From contig CAXTDA010000001.1 in NCBI GenBank assembly GCA_964242935.1, positions 1,350 to 65,349 of the forward strand: a stretch of 64,000 nt of DNA, given 5' to 3'. Under the pieces are notes generated by a model. The model was not told the origin of the DNA. It saw nothing but the letters and a program-made list of their open reading frames with translations, and did not search any database. Both the position numbers and the translations under genes were made by a program. The DNA comes from an uncultured Burkholderiaceae bacterium. Its GTDB lineage: Bacteria > Pseudomonadota > Gammaproteobacteria > Burkholderiales > Burkholderiaceae_D. This document shows, piece by piece, positions 10,535-20,977 of the stretch (position 1 is the stretch's first letter; every line of letters starts with the position of its first letter).

Positions 10535-11266
10535 TCACTCTCTCGACCGCTTCAGATCCGTGGATACCGTCAGGCGCCCCGCGGGATGAACGCTGACCGA
10601 GAGTTCGAAGGCCTCGTTGTTCGCATCGAGATAGCGGCGCACGATCTTGAGGGCCGGTGAGCCCGCTTCTGCTCTCAGTGCCTCGGCCATCGACTCCGGC
10701 ACCGGGATCGCATCGATGAACTGCTTGATGCGAGCGATGCGGCGGCCGTGGCGGGCCTCGATCAGCGAACTCACCAGCAGGTTGGGGGATTGCCGCGCGC
10801 TTTCCGCGACATCGGCGTAGGCAGGGTCGATGTAGACATCGAGCCACGCCACGGGGCGCTTGCGGTTGTCGCTGTCGAAGCGAAGGCTCGACATTCGCAG
10901 CCAGCGGCTCCCGCCAGCGCAGCCCAGTTCTTCGGCCAGCGCCAGGTCGACCACGACCGGCTCGATGCTCTGGACCGCGCGATAGTTGGTCGCGCCGAAC
11001 AAAACCAGATCCTCGACCGACGAGACGGACTGGACGAAGCCGGAAGTCGATCGCGAGGCTTCGACCCTGGAGCCGACGTTCTTCTTGCGCGAGATGAGCC
11101 CCTGCTCCTGGAGCTCCGAGAGCGCCAGGCGCACCGCGTACCGACTCGTGGCGTACTGGTCGCAAAGCTCGAACTCGGTGGGCAACAACGTGCCGACCGG
11201 ATAGCGACCGCTCGAAATCTCTCTCGCGATCGCTTGCGCAAGAGCAGCGGCCTTCGGCCCGCTCAT
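10535..11266 (-). CDS. GntR family regulator (HutC/UTRA type)
   Basis: YPVGTLLPTEFEL...SRYAVRLAL wHTH; UTRA-like C-terminus (PALKIVRRY). Confidence 0.9.
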   Translation of the reverse strand: MSGPKAAALAQAIAREISSGRYPVGTLLPTEFELCDQYATSRYAVRLALSELQEQGLISRKKNVGSRVEASRSTSGFVQSVSSVEDLVLFGATNYRAVQSIEPVVVDLALAEELGCAGGSRWLRMSSLRFDSDNRKRPVAWLDVYIDPAYADVAESARQSPNLLVSSLIEARHGRRIARIKQFIDAIPVPESMAEALRAEAGSPALKIVRRYLDANNEAFELSVSVHPAGRLTVSTDLKRSRE

Positions 11267-11320
11267 CGCACTGCGCGCAAGGGGCGACGCGCCACTAAGG
11301 GTTTTCCCGGATCGCGTTTA

Positions 11321-11368
11321 TGTTCGAACAATATAGACTCCAAGTGTCCGAACATATCGATATGTTCG
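11321..11368. promoter_or_regulatory. Palindromic operator array (putative GntR sites)
   Basis: TGTTCGAACA (11321-11330), TGTCCGAACA (11345-11354) and a perfect 20-bp palindrome CGAACATATCGATATGTTCG (11349-11368) between gntR and the fumarase. Confidence 0.7.
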
Positions 11369-11435
11369 TTGTTTGTTGGCGGCCGAGCATCGTCTTGCCC
11401 ATCGGCGTACTGCCAGCACGGCGACCCCATTCATC

Positions 11436-12944
11436 ATGGCACGACCGATCGCGCAGGAAGATCTGGAGGACAGCGTTTGCGACGCACTCCAGTTCATCAG
11501 CCACCATCACCCGCCCGACTTCGTGCGCGCCATGCGACGTGCGTACGACGCCGAGACGCCCGGCCCCGCGAAGGCTGCGATCGCGCAGATCCTGATCAAC
11601 AGCAAGCTCGCTGCCGCCGCGCACCGGCCCCTCTGCCAGGATACGGGGGTCGTGCAGGTGTTCCTTCGGGTCGGTGCGGGCGTGGTCTTCGTGCGCAGGG
11701 ATGGCCGCGCACTGCAAGGCCTGCAAGACGTGATCGACGGTGCCGTGCGCCGGGCCTACAGCGATCCTGCCAACCCGCTTCGCGCTTCGATGGTCGTCGA
11801 CCCGCTGGGAACGAGGACGAACACGCGGGACAACACCCCTGCCATCGTCTACAGCGAAATCGTCGGAGGCGACCTGCTGGAAGCGACGGTCGTGGCCAAA
11901 GGGGGCGGCGGCGACGTCAAGGCACGTTTCGCGACCCTGAACCCGAGCGACAGCGTAGCCGACTGGATCGTCCAACAGATTCCCGAGATGGGGGCCGGGT
12001 GGTGTCCGCCGGGCGTGCTCGGCGTTGGCGTCGGCGGGAGTCCCGAGCAGGCCATGCTCCTGGCCAAGCGTTCGCTGTTCGACCCGATCGACATCGACGA
12101 ACTGCGGAGGCGCGGCGCCGACGGTGCAGACGAGAGACTTCGCCTCGAACTGCACCGGCGCATCAACGAACTCGGCGTCGGCGCACAGGGTCTCGGCGGT
12201 TTGACGACGGTCCTCGATGTCAAGGTGGCGGCAGCACCCTGTCACGCAGCCACGATCCCGGTCGCTCTCGTGCCCAACTGCGCAGCGACGCGCTATGCGC
12301 GGCTGGAGCTCGACGGCACGGGTCCGGCCCGGCTCGATCTGCCATCGCCCGACCTCTGGGACGGCATCCCCGACACCTTCGTGGTGAAGGATGCAGAGCC
12401 GGTCGATCTCGAGCGGCTGGACCGGACGCAGGTCGCCAACTGGCTTGTCGGGCAGACGCTTCTTCTCAGCGGTCGGGTGCTGACCGCGCGCGACGCCGCG
12501 CACAAGCGGCTTCGGGATCTGATGATGCTGGACAAGCCGCTGCCGCTCGATCTGCGCGGCCGGGTCGTGTACTACGTCGGCCCGGTCGACCCGGTCCGCG
12601 GTGAAGCGGTCGGCCCCGCCGGACCCACCACGGCGACGCGGATGGACCCGTTCGTCGAAACGATGCTGGCCGGGGCCGGCATCGTGGCGATGATCGGCAA
12701 GGCGGAGCGAGGACCTCTGGCGATCGCCTCGATCCGCAAGCATCGCGCGGCCTATCTCGTCGCCGTGGGCGGTGCTGCCTACCTGCTTTCGAAGACGATC
12801 CGCAGCGCGCGCGTCGTCGCGTTCGACGACCTCGGCATGGAAGCGATCCACGAGTTCGAACTCAGAGACTTTCCCGTCACGGTCGCAGTCGACTCGACCG
12901 GCGCGTCGATTCATCGCGTCATGCCGATCCGGGTCGGTTCTTGA
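11436..12944 (+). CDS. Class I (Fe-S) fumarate hydratase family, fused alpha/beta
   Basis: PLCQDTG, KGGG, WCPPG, GAQGLGG, PCHAA, GPAGPTTATRMD, IGKAERG. Confidence 0.92.
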   Translation: MARPIAQEDLEDSVCDALQFISHHHPPDFVRAMRRAYDAETPGPAKAAIAQILINSKLAAAAHRPLCQDTGVVQVFLRVGAGVVFVRRDGRALQGLQDVIDGAVRRAYSDPANPLRASMVVDPLGTRTNTRDNTPAIVYSEIVGGDLLEATVVAKGGGGDVKARFATLNPSDSVADWIVQQIPEMGAGWCPPGVLGVGVGGSPEQAMLLAKRSLFDPIDIDELRRRGADGADERLRLELHRRINELGVGAQGLGGLTTVLDVKVAAAPCHAATIPVALVPNCAATRYARLELDGTGPARLDLPSPDLWDGIPDTFVVKDAEPVDLERLDRTQVANWLVGQTLLLSGRVLTARDAAHKRLRDLMMLDKPLPLDLRGRVVYYVGPVDPVRGEAVGPAGPTTATRMDPFVETMLAGAGIVAMIGKAERGPLAIASIRKHRAAYLVAVGGAAYLLSKTIRSARVVAFDDLGMEAIHEFELRDFPVTVAVDSTGASIHRVMPIRVGS

Positions 12945-13018
12945 GGCATCGCTTCGTTCGTCGGACGCAGGCTCGTCATCGCGTTCGAACGCTATCGACA
13001 CCAGGCCGAAATAATATT

Positions 13019-13043
13019 TGTGCGAACATAACAAAAATGTTCG
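13019..13043. promoter_or_regulatory. Second copy of the putative GntR operator
   Basis: TGTGCGAACAT-N7-ATGTTCG in the AT-rich gap before the MFS gene; same half-sites as 11349-11368. Confidence 0.6.
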
Positions 13044-13125
13044 TGTTTATGGATATGCTGGCGATTCCCGCGACGAGCAGCCGTGGACCGGATAACCCCG
13101 ATCGATTTCAGAACAGGAGCCACGC

Positions 13126-14793
13126 ATGACCGGACTTGCAAATGCCCCTGCATTCCCGCCGTCCGTCGGCGCTGCCGCCGGCTCGGACGCGTCGCCGACC
13201 AACTCCAGGTTTCGCGTCATCTCGGCAGCGGCGCTCGGCACGGTCTTCGAGTGGTACGAGTTCACCTTGTACGCGGCCATGGCGGGGATCCTCGCTTCCA
13301 AATTCTTCAGTGGCCTGGATGCCGCCACGAGCTTCTTCTTCGCGCTCCTCACATTCGGCGTCGGCTTCGTGGTCCGGCCCTTCGGCGCGATCGTCTTCGG
13401 CCGCCTGGGCGACCGGATCGGGCGCAAGCGCACCTTCCTGATCACCGTCACGATCATGGGCCTGGCCACCTTCGCGGTCGGTCTTCTGCCGACCTATGCC
13501 ACCGTCGGGATCGCTGCACCCGTCTTGCTCATCACCCTTCGAGTGCTTCAGGGCCTGGCGCTCGGAGGCGAATACGGCGGCGCCGTCATCTACGTAACCG
13601 AACACGTGCCGAAGAACCGGCGCGGGCTGAGCACGGCGTTCATCCAGATGACCGGGACGCTCGGCTTCCTGATGGCGTTGATCTCCATCCAGATCGTCAG
13701 GACCTGGTTCGGCGAAAGCGCCTTCGACGCCTGGGCCTGGCGCGTCCCTTTTCTGATCGCGATCGCGATGCTGGCCGTCTCGATCCGGGTGCGTCTCCAG
13801 ATGCATGAGTCGCCGGTGTTCAGGAAGATGGCCGAAGAGCGGCGACTCTCCGCCGCGCCGGTCAGGGAAACCTTCGGCAGCGCGAAGAACCTGAAGCTGC
13901 TCGCGATCGCGCTCATCGGCATCGGCGGCGGCATGTCGGTCATCTACTACAACGCCGTCACCTATCCGCTCTTCTTCCTGACCAAGACGCTGGGCGTGCC
14001 GATGACGACCGCCAACGTCATCGTCGGAAGCGCCGCACTCTGCGCGATTCCGATGATCTGGTTCGCCGGTTGGCTCTCCGACCGGGTGGGCCGCAAGCCC
14101 GTGATGCTGAGCGGCTTCGTGCTGGGCCTGATCGCGACGTTCCCGGTCTTCCACGCGGTCGCCGAAACCGCCAACCCGGCGCTCATGGCAGCGCAGAAGA
14201 ACACGGTGATCACGATTCGGACCGACCCGGGCCGTTGCTCGTTCATGTTCAACCCCCTCGGCAACCGGAAGTTCACTTCTCCCTGCGATGTCGCACGGCA
14301 GACGTTGACCGCCTTCTCGGCCGATTACACCTTTGCCGACCCCGGCAACTCGACTGCGACGGTGCTTCGCGTGGGCGACCGGGTGCTTTCCGTCGATACG
14401 AGCTCCGCGTACGACCAGCCAGCCTTCACGCAGCAACTGACCGCGATGGTGAAGGCCGCCGGCTTCGGCGTCCCCGGCAATCCGGAAGGGCGTGACCAGG
14501 TCAAGATCGTCGGACTGCTGCTCGTCCTTCTGTTCGCGATGGCCTTGGGCTACGCGCCCGTCGGTGTGGCGATGGCCGAGATGTTTCCCGCGCGCATCCG
14601 CTATACCGCGATGTCGTTCCCGTACCACTTTTCCAGCGGTTGGATCGGGGGCCTGCTTCCGACGTTCGCATTCGCCATCGCGGTGGCCCAGGGCAACATC
14701 TTCGCGGGACTCTGGTACACGATCGGCTGGCTGGTCGTCGGTGTGGTGATCACCGGGTTCTTCTACCGCGAAGCCTCCTCGGAGATCGAATGA
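13126..14793 (+). CDS. MFS transporter, metabolite:H+ symporter (MHS) family
   Basis: AGGAG RBS; GTVFEWYEF, RPFGAIVFGRLGDRIGRK, LQGLALGGEYGG, EMFPARIRYT. Confidence 0.93.
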   Translation: MTGLANAPAFPPSVGAAAGSDASPTNSRFRVISAAALGTVFEWYEFTLYAAMAGILASKFFSGLDAATSFFFALLTFGVGFVVRPFGAIVFGRLGDRIGRKRTFLITVTIMGLATFAVGLLPTYATVGIAAPVLLITLRVLQGLALGGEYGGAVIYVTEHVPKNRRGLSTAFIQMTGTLGFLMALISIQIVRTWFGESAFDAWAWRVPFLIAIAMLAVSIRVRLQMHESPVFRKMAEERRLSAAPVRETFGSAKNLKLLAIALIGIGGGMSVIYYNAVTYPLFFLTKTLGVPMTTANVIVGSAALCAIPMIWFAGWLSDRVGRKPVMLSGFVLGLIATFPVFHAVAETANPALMAAQKNTVITIRTDPGRCSFMFNPLGNRKFTSPCDVARQTLTAFSADYTFADPGNSTATVLRVGDRVLSVDTSSAYDQPAFTQQLTAMVKAAGFGVPGNPEGRDQVKIVGLLLVLLFAMALGYAPVGVAMAEMFPARIRYTAMSFPYHFSSGWIGGLLPTFAFAIAVAQGNIFAGLWYTIGWLVVGVVITGFFYREASSEIE

Positions 14794-14864
14794 GGCCGGC
14801 CAGGCGGTCCCGACCGCTGATCGATGCGCTCACTTCCGTCATGAATCAGAAGGAGCATCAACCG

Positions 14865-16295
14865 ATGCCTCAGCCCGAATTTCCGCTCGTGATCGATGGC
14901 CAGTGGCGCGCTGGAAGCGATGGGTCCGGCGCGGAGGTTCTCAACCCCGCCACCGGCGAGAGCGTCGGTCGTGTCGCCTACGCCACGGCGGACGACCTCG
15001 ACGAAGCGCTGCAAGCCGCCGCTCGCGGTTTGCGTGAGTGGAACGCGGTCTCGCCCTGGGAACGGGGCGCGGTCCTCAAGCGCGCTGCGGAGAACCTGCG
15101 CGCCGACATCGACTTCGCCGCTCGCACCATGACCCTGGAGCAGGGCAAGGCCCTCGCGGAAGCGAAAGCCGAGGTGGCGCGTTCCGCCGACTTCCTCGAG
15201 TGGGGCGGAGAACAGGCCCGGCGCATCGCCGGGCGCACGATACGGGGGCGAGACCCCGGACACCGCATCGAGGTCGAGACGCACCCGATCGGGGTCGTGG
15301 CCGCCTTCACGCCCTGGAACTTTCCGATGGCACTCGCGGCGAAGAAGTTCGCCGGCGCGCTCGGCGCGGGCTGTTCCCTCATCTGCAAGCCCTCGGAAGA
15401 GACGCCGGGTTCGGTGCTGGTGATGGTCAAGGCGCTGCTGGAGGCGGGCGTCCCGCCGGCTGCCGTCGGTGTCGTGTTCGGCGATCCGAACCGGATCTCG
15501 AGTTACCTGATCGCATCGCCCGTCGTCGCCAAGGTCACGTTCACCGGCTCGATCCCGATCGGCAAGCTGCTGGCCGCTGCGGCGGGCGCGGCGATGAAAC
15601 CGGTGACGATGGAGCTGGGTGGCCACGCGCCGACCATCGTGTGCGCCGATGTCGATCCGGAGCGCTCGGCGGATTTTCTCGCGCGCGCCAAGTTCGCCAA
15701 CGCCGGTCAGATCTGCTTGTCGCCGACGCGCTTCTTCGTCGAAGAGAGCATTTATGCGAGGTTCGCCGCCCGATTCGCCGAACATGCGAGGGCCTGGCGC
15801 GTCGGTGACGGCCTCGACCCCGAGACGCAGATGGGGCCGCTGGCGAACGAGCGTCGGCTCCAGGCGATCGCGCACCTCGTCGGCGACGCGCGAGCGCGGG
15901 GCGCGATGGTCGCTGCCGGCGGCGAGCGAATCGGCGACCGCGGATTCTTCTACCGGCCGACCGTGTTGACGAACGTTCCGGAGGACGCGGAGATCATGCG
16001 CTCGGAGCCTTTCGGACCCGTCGCGCCCATTCTCCCGTTCAAGGACGAGGCGCTCATGTTGAAGCAGGCCAACGGTCTGGAGTTCGGGTTGTCGGCCTAT
16101 GTCTTCACCAACGATGCAAGTCGCCAGCAACGTCTCAAAGACGCGTTGCAGTTCGGTTCCATCGGAATCAACGACGTGGTGACCCACCCGCCGGAAGTGC
16201 CGCTCGGCGGGTGGAAGGACAGCGGCAACGGCACGGAAGGCGGCATCGAGATCCTCGATCCCTATCAAAAGACCAGGTTCGTGAGCACGCGCTAG
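14865..16295 (+). CDS. NAD-dependent aldehyde dehydrogenase (succinate/2-oxoglutarate semialdehyde DH-like)
   Basis: AGGAG RBS; PWNFP, FTGS, MELGGHAP, NAGQIC, EPFGP. Confidence 0.9.
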   Translation: MPQPEFPLVIDGQWRAGSDGSGAEVLNPATGESVGRVAYATADDLDEALQAAARGLREWNAVSPWERGAVLKRAAENLRADIDFAARTMTLEQGKALAEAKAEVARSADFLEWGGEQARRIAGRTIRGRDPGHRIEVETHPIGVVAAFTPWNFPMALAAKKFAGALGAGCSLICKPSEETPGSVLVMVKALLEAGVPPAAVGVVFGDPNRISSYLIASPVVAKVTFTGSIPIGKLLAAAAGAAMKPVTMELGGHAPTIVCADVDPERSADFLARAKFANAGQICLSPTRFFVEESIYARFAARFAEHARAWRVGDGLDPETQMGPLANERRLQAIAHLVGDARARGAMVAAGGERIGDRGFFYRPTVLTNVPEDAEIMRSEPFGPVAPILPFKDEALMLKQANGLEFGLSAYVFTNDASRQQRLKDALQFGSIGINDVVTHPPEVPLGGWKDSGNGTEGGIEILDPYQKTRFVSTR

Positions 16296-16326
16296 AACGA
16301 CGGATGCGTCAAGAAAGGAGAAAACA

Positions 16327-17823
16327 ATGCCCGACATCGCTGAATCCACCCGGAACATCGTCAAGTACGGTCTCTACATCGACGGACAAGAGGCGCCTTC
16401 GACAAGCGGGCGGATGATGGATTGCCTCAATCCCTATACCGGGAAGACGTGGGCGGCGGTTGCCCAAGGCGACGACAACGACGTGGATCTCGCGGTGCAG
16501 TCCGCGAGACGTGCATTCGATTCCGGACCCTGGTCGCGTCTGACGGCGACCCAGCGAGGCGCCTTGCTGCGGCGGCTGGGTGACATCATCGCGCGAGACG
16601 CCGAGGAACTCGCGGCGTGCGAGTCGCGAGACAACGGAAAGCTCTATCGCGAGATGGTCGGGCAGTGGAAGTCGCTGCCGGAGTGGTTCTACTATTTCGG
16701 CGGGCTTGCGGACAAGGTTCAGGGTCACACGATCCCGTCCGACCGCACGAACTTCTTCATCTACACGCGGCGGGAGCCGCTGGGCGTCGTCGGTGCGATC
16801 ACCCCGTGGAACTCCCCGGCGCTGCTGCTCGTGTTCAAGCTTGCCCCCGGGCTCGCGGCGGGGTGCACGTTCGTCGTCAAACCGTCCGAGCACACCTCCG
16901 TCTCCAGCCTCGAACTGGCCCGCAGAGTCAGCGAGGCCGGCTTTCCAAAGGGTGTGTTCAACGTCGTCACGGGCATGGGCGACATCGGAGCGTCGCTCGT
17001 CAGCCATCCGGGGATCGACAAGGTCGCGTTCACGGGCGCCACGGCGACGGGGAAGGCGATCGCGGCTGCCGCGGCGCGCAACCTGACGCGGGTGTCACTC
17101 GAACTCGGCGGCAAGTCACCGAACATCGTGTTCGACGATGCGGACCTCGATGTCGCGGCGAATGGCGCGATCGCGGGGATCTTCGGTGCGACCGGCCAGA
17201 CCTGCATGGCCGGCTCGCGCCTGCTCGTGCATGAAAGCGTCCACGACGCGTTGCTGGACCGCATCGTGGCCCGTACGAAGACGATCCGGCTCGGCGATCC
17301 GATGCAGCCGGATACGGACATGGGTCCGGTGGCCAACGAGCCGCAGTATCGGAAGGTGCTGGAGTACATCGACATCGCCAGGGCGGACGGTGCGAAATGC
17401 GTTTCGGGCGGTCGCAGCGACGAGCGACTCGGCGGATTCTTCGTTCTGCCGACGATCTTCACCGAAGTCACCAACGACATGCGCATCGCCAGGGAAGAGG
17501 TCTTCGGACCCGTCCTCAGTGTGATCAGGTTCAAGACCGACGAGGAGGCGGTCGCGATCGCCAACGACACGCGCTTCGGTCTCGCCGCGGCGGTCTGGAC
17601 CAAGGACGTACATCGGGCGCACCGGATCGCTCATCGCTTGCGCGCAGGGACCGTCTGGATCAACGCCTACCGCGTGGTGTCCGTGACGGCCCCGTTCGGC
17701 GGCTATCGTGAAAGCGGACTGGGGCGCGAGAACGGCGCGGAATCCATCCACGAGTACACCGAGACCAAGGCGGTGTATGTCGAACTGTCGGGGGAGGGGC
17801 GCGATCCGTTCCAGTTGGGATGA
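16327..17823 (+). CDS. Aldehyde dehydrogenase (DhaS/BADH-like)
   Basis: AGGAG RBS; PWNSP, LELGGKSP, GQTCMAGSR, EEVFGP. Confidence 0.93.
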   Translation: MPDIAESTRNIVKYGLYIDGQEAPSTSGRMMDCLNPYTGKTWAAVAQGDDNDVDLAVQSARRAFDSGPWSRLTATQRGALLRRLGDIIARDAEELAACESRDNGKLYREMVGQWKSLPEWFYYFGGLADKVQGHTIPSDRTNFFIYTRREPLGVVGAITPWNSPALLLVFKLAPGLAAGCTFVVKPSEHTSVSSLELARRVSEAGFPKGVFNVVTGMGDIGASLVSHPGIDKVAFTGATATGKAIAAAAARNLTRVSLELGGKSPNIVFDDADLDVAANGAIAGIFGATGQTCMAGSRLLVHESVHDALLDRIVARTKTIRLGDPMQPDTDMGPVANEPQYRKVLEYIDIARADGAKCVSGGRSDERLGGFFVLPTIFTEVTNDMRIAREEVFGPVLSVIRFKTDEEAVAIANDTRFGLAAAVWTKDVHRAHRIAHRLRAGTVWINAYRVVSVTAPFGGYRESGLGRENGAESIHEYTETKAVYVELSGEGRDPFQLG

Positions 17824-18017
17824 ACGGACCGCTTCGGAAGCGATGAGCCGGCGCCACAAGTCGCCTGCGCGCTACGGCAGGTCGGTGGCGTTGCCGCTGG
17901 CCGACCAGATCCAGATCGACGGATGAAGGAGCGTCGCGACAATGGCGAGGCCGCACGTCGGTGCTGCCAGCGCCTCGGCGCCATGAACGACAGCTGACTC
18001 GACGGACGCCTCGCGTG

Positions 18018-18374
18018 TCATCGTGGCCAGCAGAACAGTGCCTTGGCTCGCAGCCCCACGTGAGCGCTGATCTTCCGGCGTACCAGCGCGGCGCCGACGA
18101 TCGACCCGAAGGGAACGAGCGAAACGGCGATCAGGATGCCCACGTCGCGTACGCCCCAGCGGTTTTCCACCGCAGTCTGCATGAGCACCCAGAGATAGGT
18201 CATGAAGACCAATCCGTGCAGCGGACCCATGACCGTGACGCCGAGTGGCATGTGTCCCCAATGCTTCAGGGGGACGGCCACGAGCAGAAGGAACAGGAGA
18301 CTGGTCCCTTCCAGCTGGGCGACCTGCCGGAGCCTTCTCAGCAGCAGGAGCTTGGGATGGAGATTCGCGGTCAC
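18018..18374 (-). CDS. DUF3817-type small membrane protein
   Basis: EGTSLLFLLLVAVPLKH...GPLHGLVF...SLVPFGS; GTG start uncertain. Confidence 0.7.
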   Translation of the reverse strand: MTANLHPKLLLLRRLRQVAQLEGTSLLFLLLVAVPLKHWGHMPLGVTVMGPLHGLVFMTYLWVLMQTAVENRWGVRDVGILIAVSLVPFGSIVGAALVRRKISAHVGLRAKALFCWPR

Positions 18375-18486
18375 GTGGAACTCCGTGGGTGAACGAAACC
18401 GATTGTCCGATCGAACGACGCTTGGCGAACAGTGGCAAGAAAGACTATGATCGCCTGGATCCAGCCACTGGCTTCGCGGGGGTTCG

Positions 18487-19425
18487 ATGCATCGCCTGGC
18501 CGTCATCGCGATCGACCGCTTCGTCCCGTCGGACCTCGCGATCCCATGCGATCTGTTCGGACGCACCTGCCTCGACGACGGACGGGCGGCGTACGACGTG
18601 GTGGTTTGCGGCGAAACCAGACGCGTCGGATCGGCCGCTTTCGACCTGCTGCCGCCCGCCGGACTCGATCGATTGGCCGATGTGGATACGATCGTCGTAC
18701 CGGGGTTCATCGAGCCCTCGACTCCGGTCAGTCGCAACGTCGTGCTGGCCTTGCAGGACGCTGCGGCGCGAGGCTGCAGGATCGCCTCCATCTGCACGGG
18801 CGCCTTCGTCCTGGCGGCGGCGGGACTCCTCGACGGGCTGCGTGCGACGACACACTGGCTGGCCGCCCCGGAGTTGGCGCGGCGATATCCCCGGATCTCG
18901 GTCGACGCCAACGTCCTGTTCATCGACAACGGCGACATCCTCACTTCGGCGGGCGCGTCGGCGGCGCTCGACCTGTGCCTGCACATGGTTCGGCGCGATC
19001 ATGGCGTCGCGATCGCCGCCGAAGCCGCGCGGAAGGCGGTGGCACCGCTGATCCGGGAAGGCGGTCAAGCCCAGTACGCCCTGCATCCGGCGGCGACCGG
19101 CGGGCCGTTGATGCAGCCCATCCTGGACTGGATGGCGCAACGGTGGCAACAGCCTCTGACGCTCGAAGCACTGGCGGCGCACGCTGCGATGAGCACCCGC
19201 ACTTTCAGCCGGCGCTTCCACGACTGTACCGGTACGACCCCGATGCAATGGCTCTTTCACAAGCGAGTCCGGGAAGCCCAGCGCTTTCTCGAAACCACCT
19301 CGTGGCCGATCGAACGCGTTGCCGAGGCTGCCGGGTTCGGATCTGCCGCGGCGTTTCGCGCGAAGTTCGTGAGCGTCGTCGGTACCAGCCCGCAGCGATA
19401 CCGTCAGCTGTTCCGAATCGGTTGA
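18487..19425 (+). CDS. GlxA family AraC regulator (DJ-1/PfpI sensor domain)
   Basis: ASICTGAFVLAAAGLLDG, ATTHW, TSAG, REGGQAQY, C-terminal AraC HTH. Confidence 0.93.
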   Translation: MHRLAVIAIDRFVPSDLAIPCDLFGRTCLDDGRAAYDVVVCGETRRVGSAAFDLLPPAGLDRLADVDTIVVPGFIEPSTPVSRNVVLALQDAAARGCRIASICTGAFVLAAAGLLDGLRATTHWLAAPELARRYPRISVDANVLFIDNGDILTSAGASAALDLCLHMVRRDHGVAIAAEAARKAVAPLIREGGQAQYALHPAATGGPLMQPILDWMAQRWQQPLTLEALAAHAAMSTRTFSRRFHDCTGTTPMQWLFHKRVREAQRFLETTSWPIERVAEAAGFGSAAAFRAKFVSVVGTSPQRYRQLFRIG

Positions 19426-19685
19426 GCGTGACATCCGCGGCATCGGCGACGCGCATCTTCTTCCCTCAGGATCACCCATCGGCGAAAAAAACGAGTCGAT
19501 TGAAGGCGACTGCACGTGCGCGTCGGTTTTTCGCGGCATCGCTTGGGCGGCCGGCGGGTCGAGAGACAGGATCATCATCTCCATGCCATCGGCGTCCGTC
19601 TCGCAGTCGATCTTTCTGAATATCGATCAGTCGCTTCAATCGTTCGATGATGTGGTGCCCGATGGGCGCGCGACGGTGTGTGGAA

Positions 19686-20888
19686 TCAGGCGGTCTTCAG
19701 GCAGTGGCTGGCCTTCCAGCCGTAGACCCAGTCGAGTGCTCCGTAGAAACTTTCCTGGCTTCGGCCTTGCCACATGTCGTTGCGCACCAGCCGCTCGACG
19801 CCCTTCGCGTGATAGATCCGCCCCATTTCGCGCGCAGAGAGCACGAGGCGAGCTGCCCGCGCAACGCGCGACCGTTGGTACAGGGCAAGACCTTGGTCCC
19901 AGTTGTAGTCGGCGTGGCGCAGCGCGAGGCCGAGCGTCACTGCGTCTTCGAGGGCGCTGCAGGCGCCTTGCGCCATGTACTGCACCATGGGGTGGGCCGC
20001 GTCGCCCAGCAATGCAGCTCGCCCGAACACCCAGCGATCGATGGGATCGCGATCGGCCGTCGACCAGCGGCCCCAGGATTGCGGGACGCTCAGGATGTCT
20101 TGCACGGTCCGGCAGGTCGGCGCGAAGTACCGCAGCAACTCGGACGATTCGCCAGGACGTTGAGCCCATTCTTCGGGCTGATCGCTGTGGAACGTCGCAG
20201 CCAGATTGAACTTTTCGCCCCCTTTCAACGGATAGTGGACGAAGTGGCAGTTCGGTCCGGCCCAGATGCATGGCGCTTGCAGGCGCCATGCCTGCGGAAA
20301 AGCAGCGGTGTCGATCACTGCCCGATAGACAACGTGTCCGGAGACCCGGATGTTGTCTCCGACATATTGCTGGCGGACCGCACTCTTGACGCCATCAGCG
20401 CCGATCACGGCCTGTCCCTGATGGCGCCCCCCATTGGCGTCGATCAACGTGACCCCGCGATCGTCCTGCTCGACGCTCACGATGCGCGTCGAGGTCACAA
20501 ACTCGATCCGATCGGAGAGACGCTGAACGCCGGCGCGCAGCGCACCATGGATATCGGCGCGATGGATCACGGCATACGGATTCCCGAAGCGCGCGCGGAA
20601 CGCCTCCCCGAGTTCGATGGTCGCCACCCTGGCGGCGTCCATGGCGTCGAACATGGTCATCTCGTCGGTGAAGACCGCCCGCGATTGGAGGTCGGCGCCG
20701 ACGCCGAGTTCGTCACATGCAGCGAACGCGTTCGGGCTCAGCTGGATGCCCGCCCCGATTTCCCCGATCGCGGGAGCCTGCTCGATGACTTTGACTTTGA
20801 AGCCTTCCCGGACGAGCGCAAGTGCGGCGGCGAGACCGCCGATGCCCCCGCCGGTGACGAGAACCGTTTGACTGCTGATCGTAGCCAT
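19686..20888 (-). CDS. 3-hydroxybenzoate 6-monooxygenase-like flavoprotein
   Basis: GGGIGG, EIGAGIQLSPN, GNPYAVIHRADIH, GADGVKS, LLGDAAHPMVQYMAQGAC, REMGRIYHAKG. Confidence 0.88.
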   Translation of the reverse strand: MATISSQTVLVTGGGIGGLAAALALVREGFKVKVIEQAPAIGEIGAGIQLSPNAFAACDELGVGADLQSRAVFTDEMTMFDAMDAARVATIELGEAFRARFGNPYAVIHRADIHGALRAGVQRLSDRIEFVTSTRIVSVEQDDRGVTLIDANGGRHQGQAVIGADGVKSAVRQQYVGDNIRVSGHVVYRAVIDTAAFPQAWRLQAPCIWAGPNCHFVHYPLKGGEKFNLAATFHSDQPEEWAQRPGESSELLRYFAPTCRTVQDILSVPQSWGRWSTADRDPIDRWVFGRAALLGDAAHPMVQYMAQGACSALEDAVTLGLALRHADYNWDQGLALYQRSRVARAARLVLSAREMGRIYHAKGVERLVRNDMWQGRSQESFYGALDWVYGWKASHCLKTA

Positions 20889-20977
20889 GATGATTGCGGA
20901 GCGCGCCCGTATCGCGGGGACAGCACCGTCCCGATTCCAGTGATTCAGTCGCCAGGTGATTGGCGTTCAAGCTCGCT

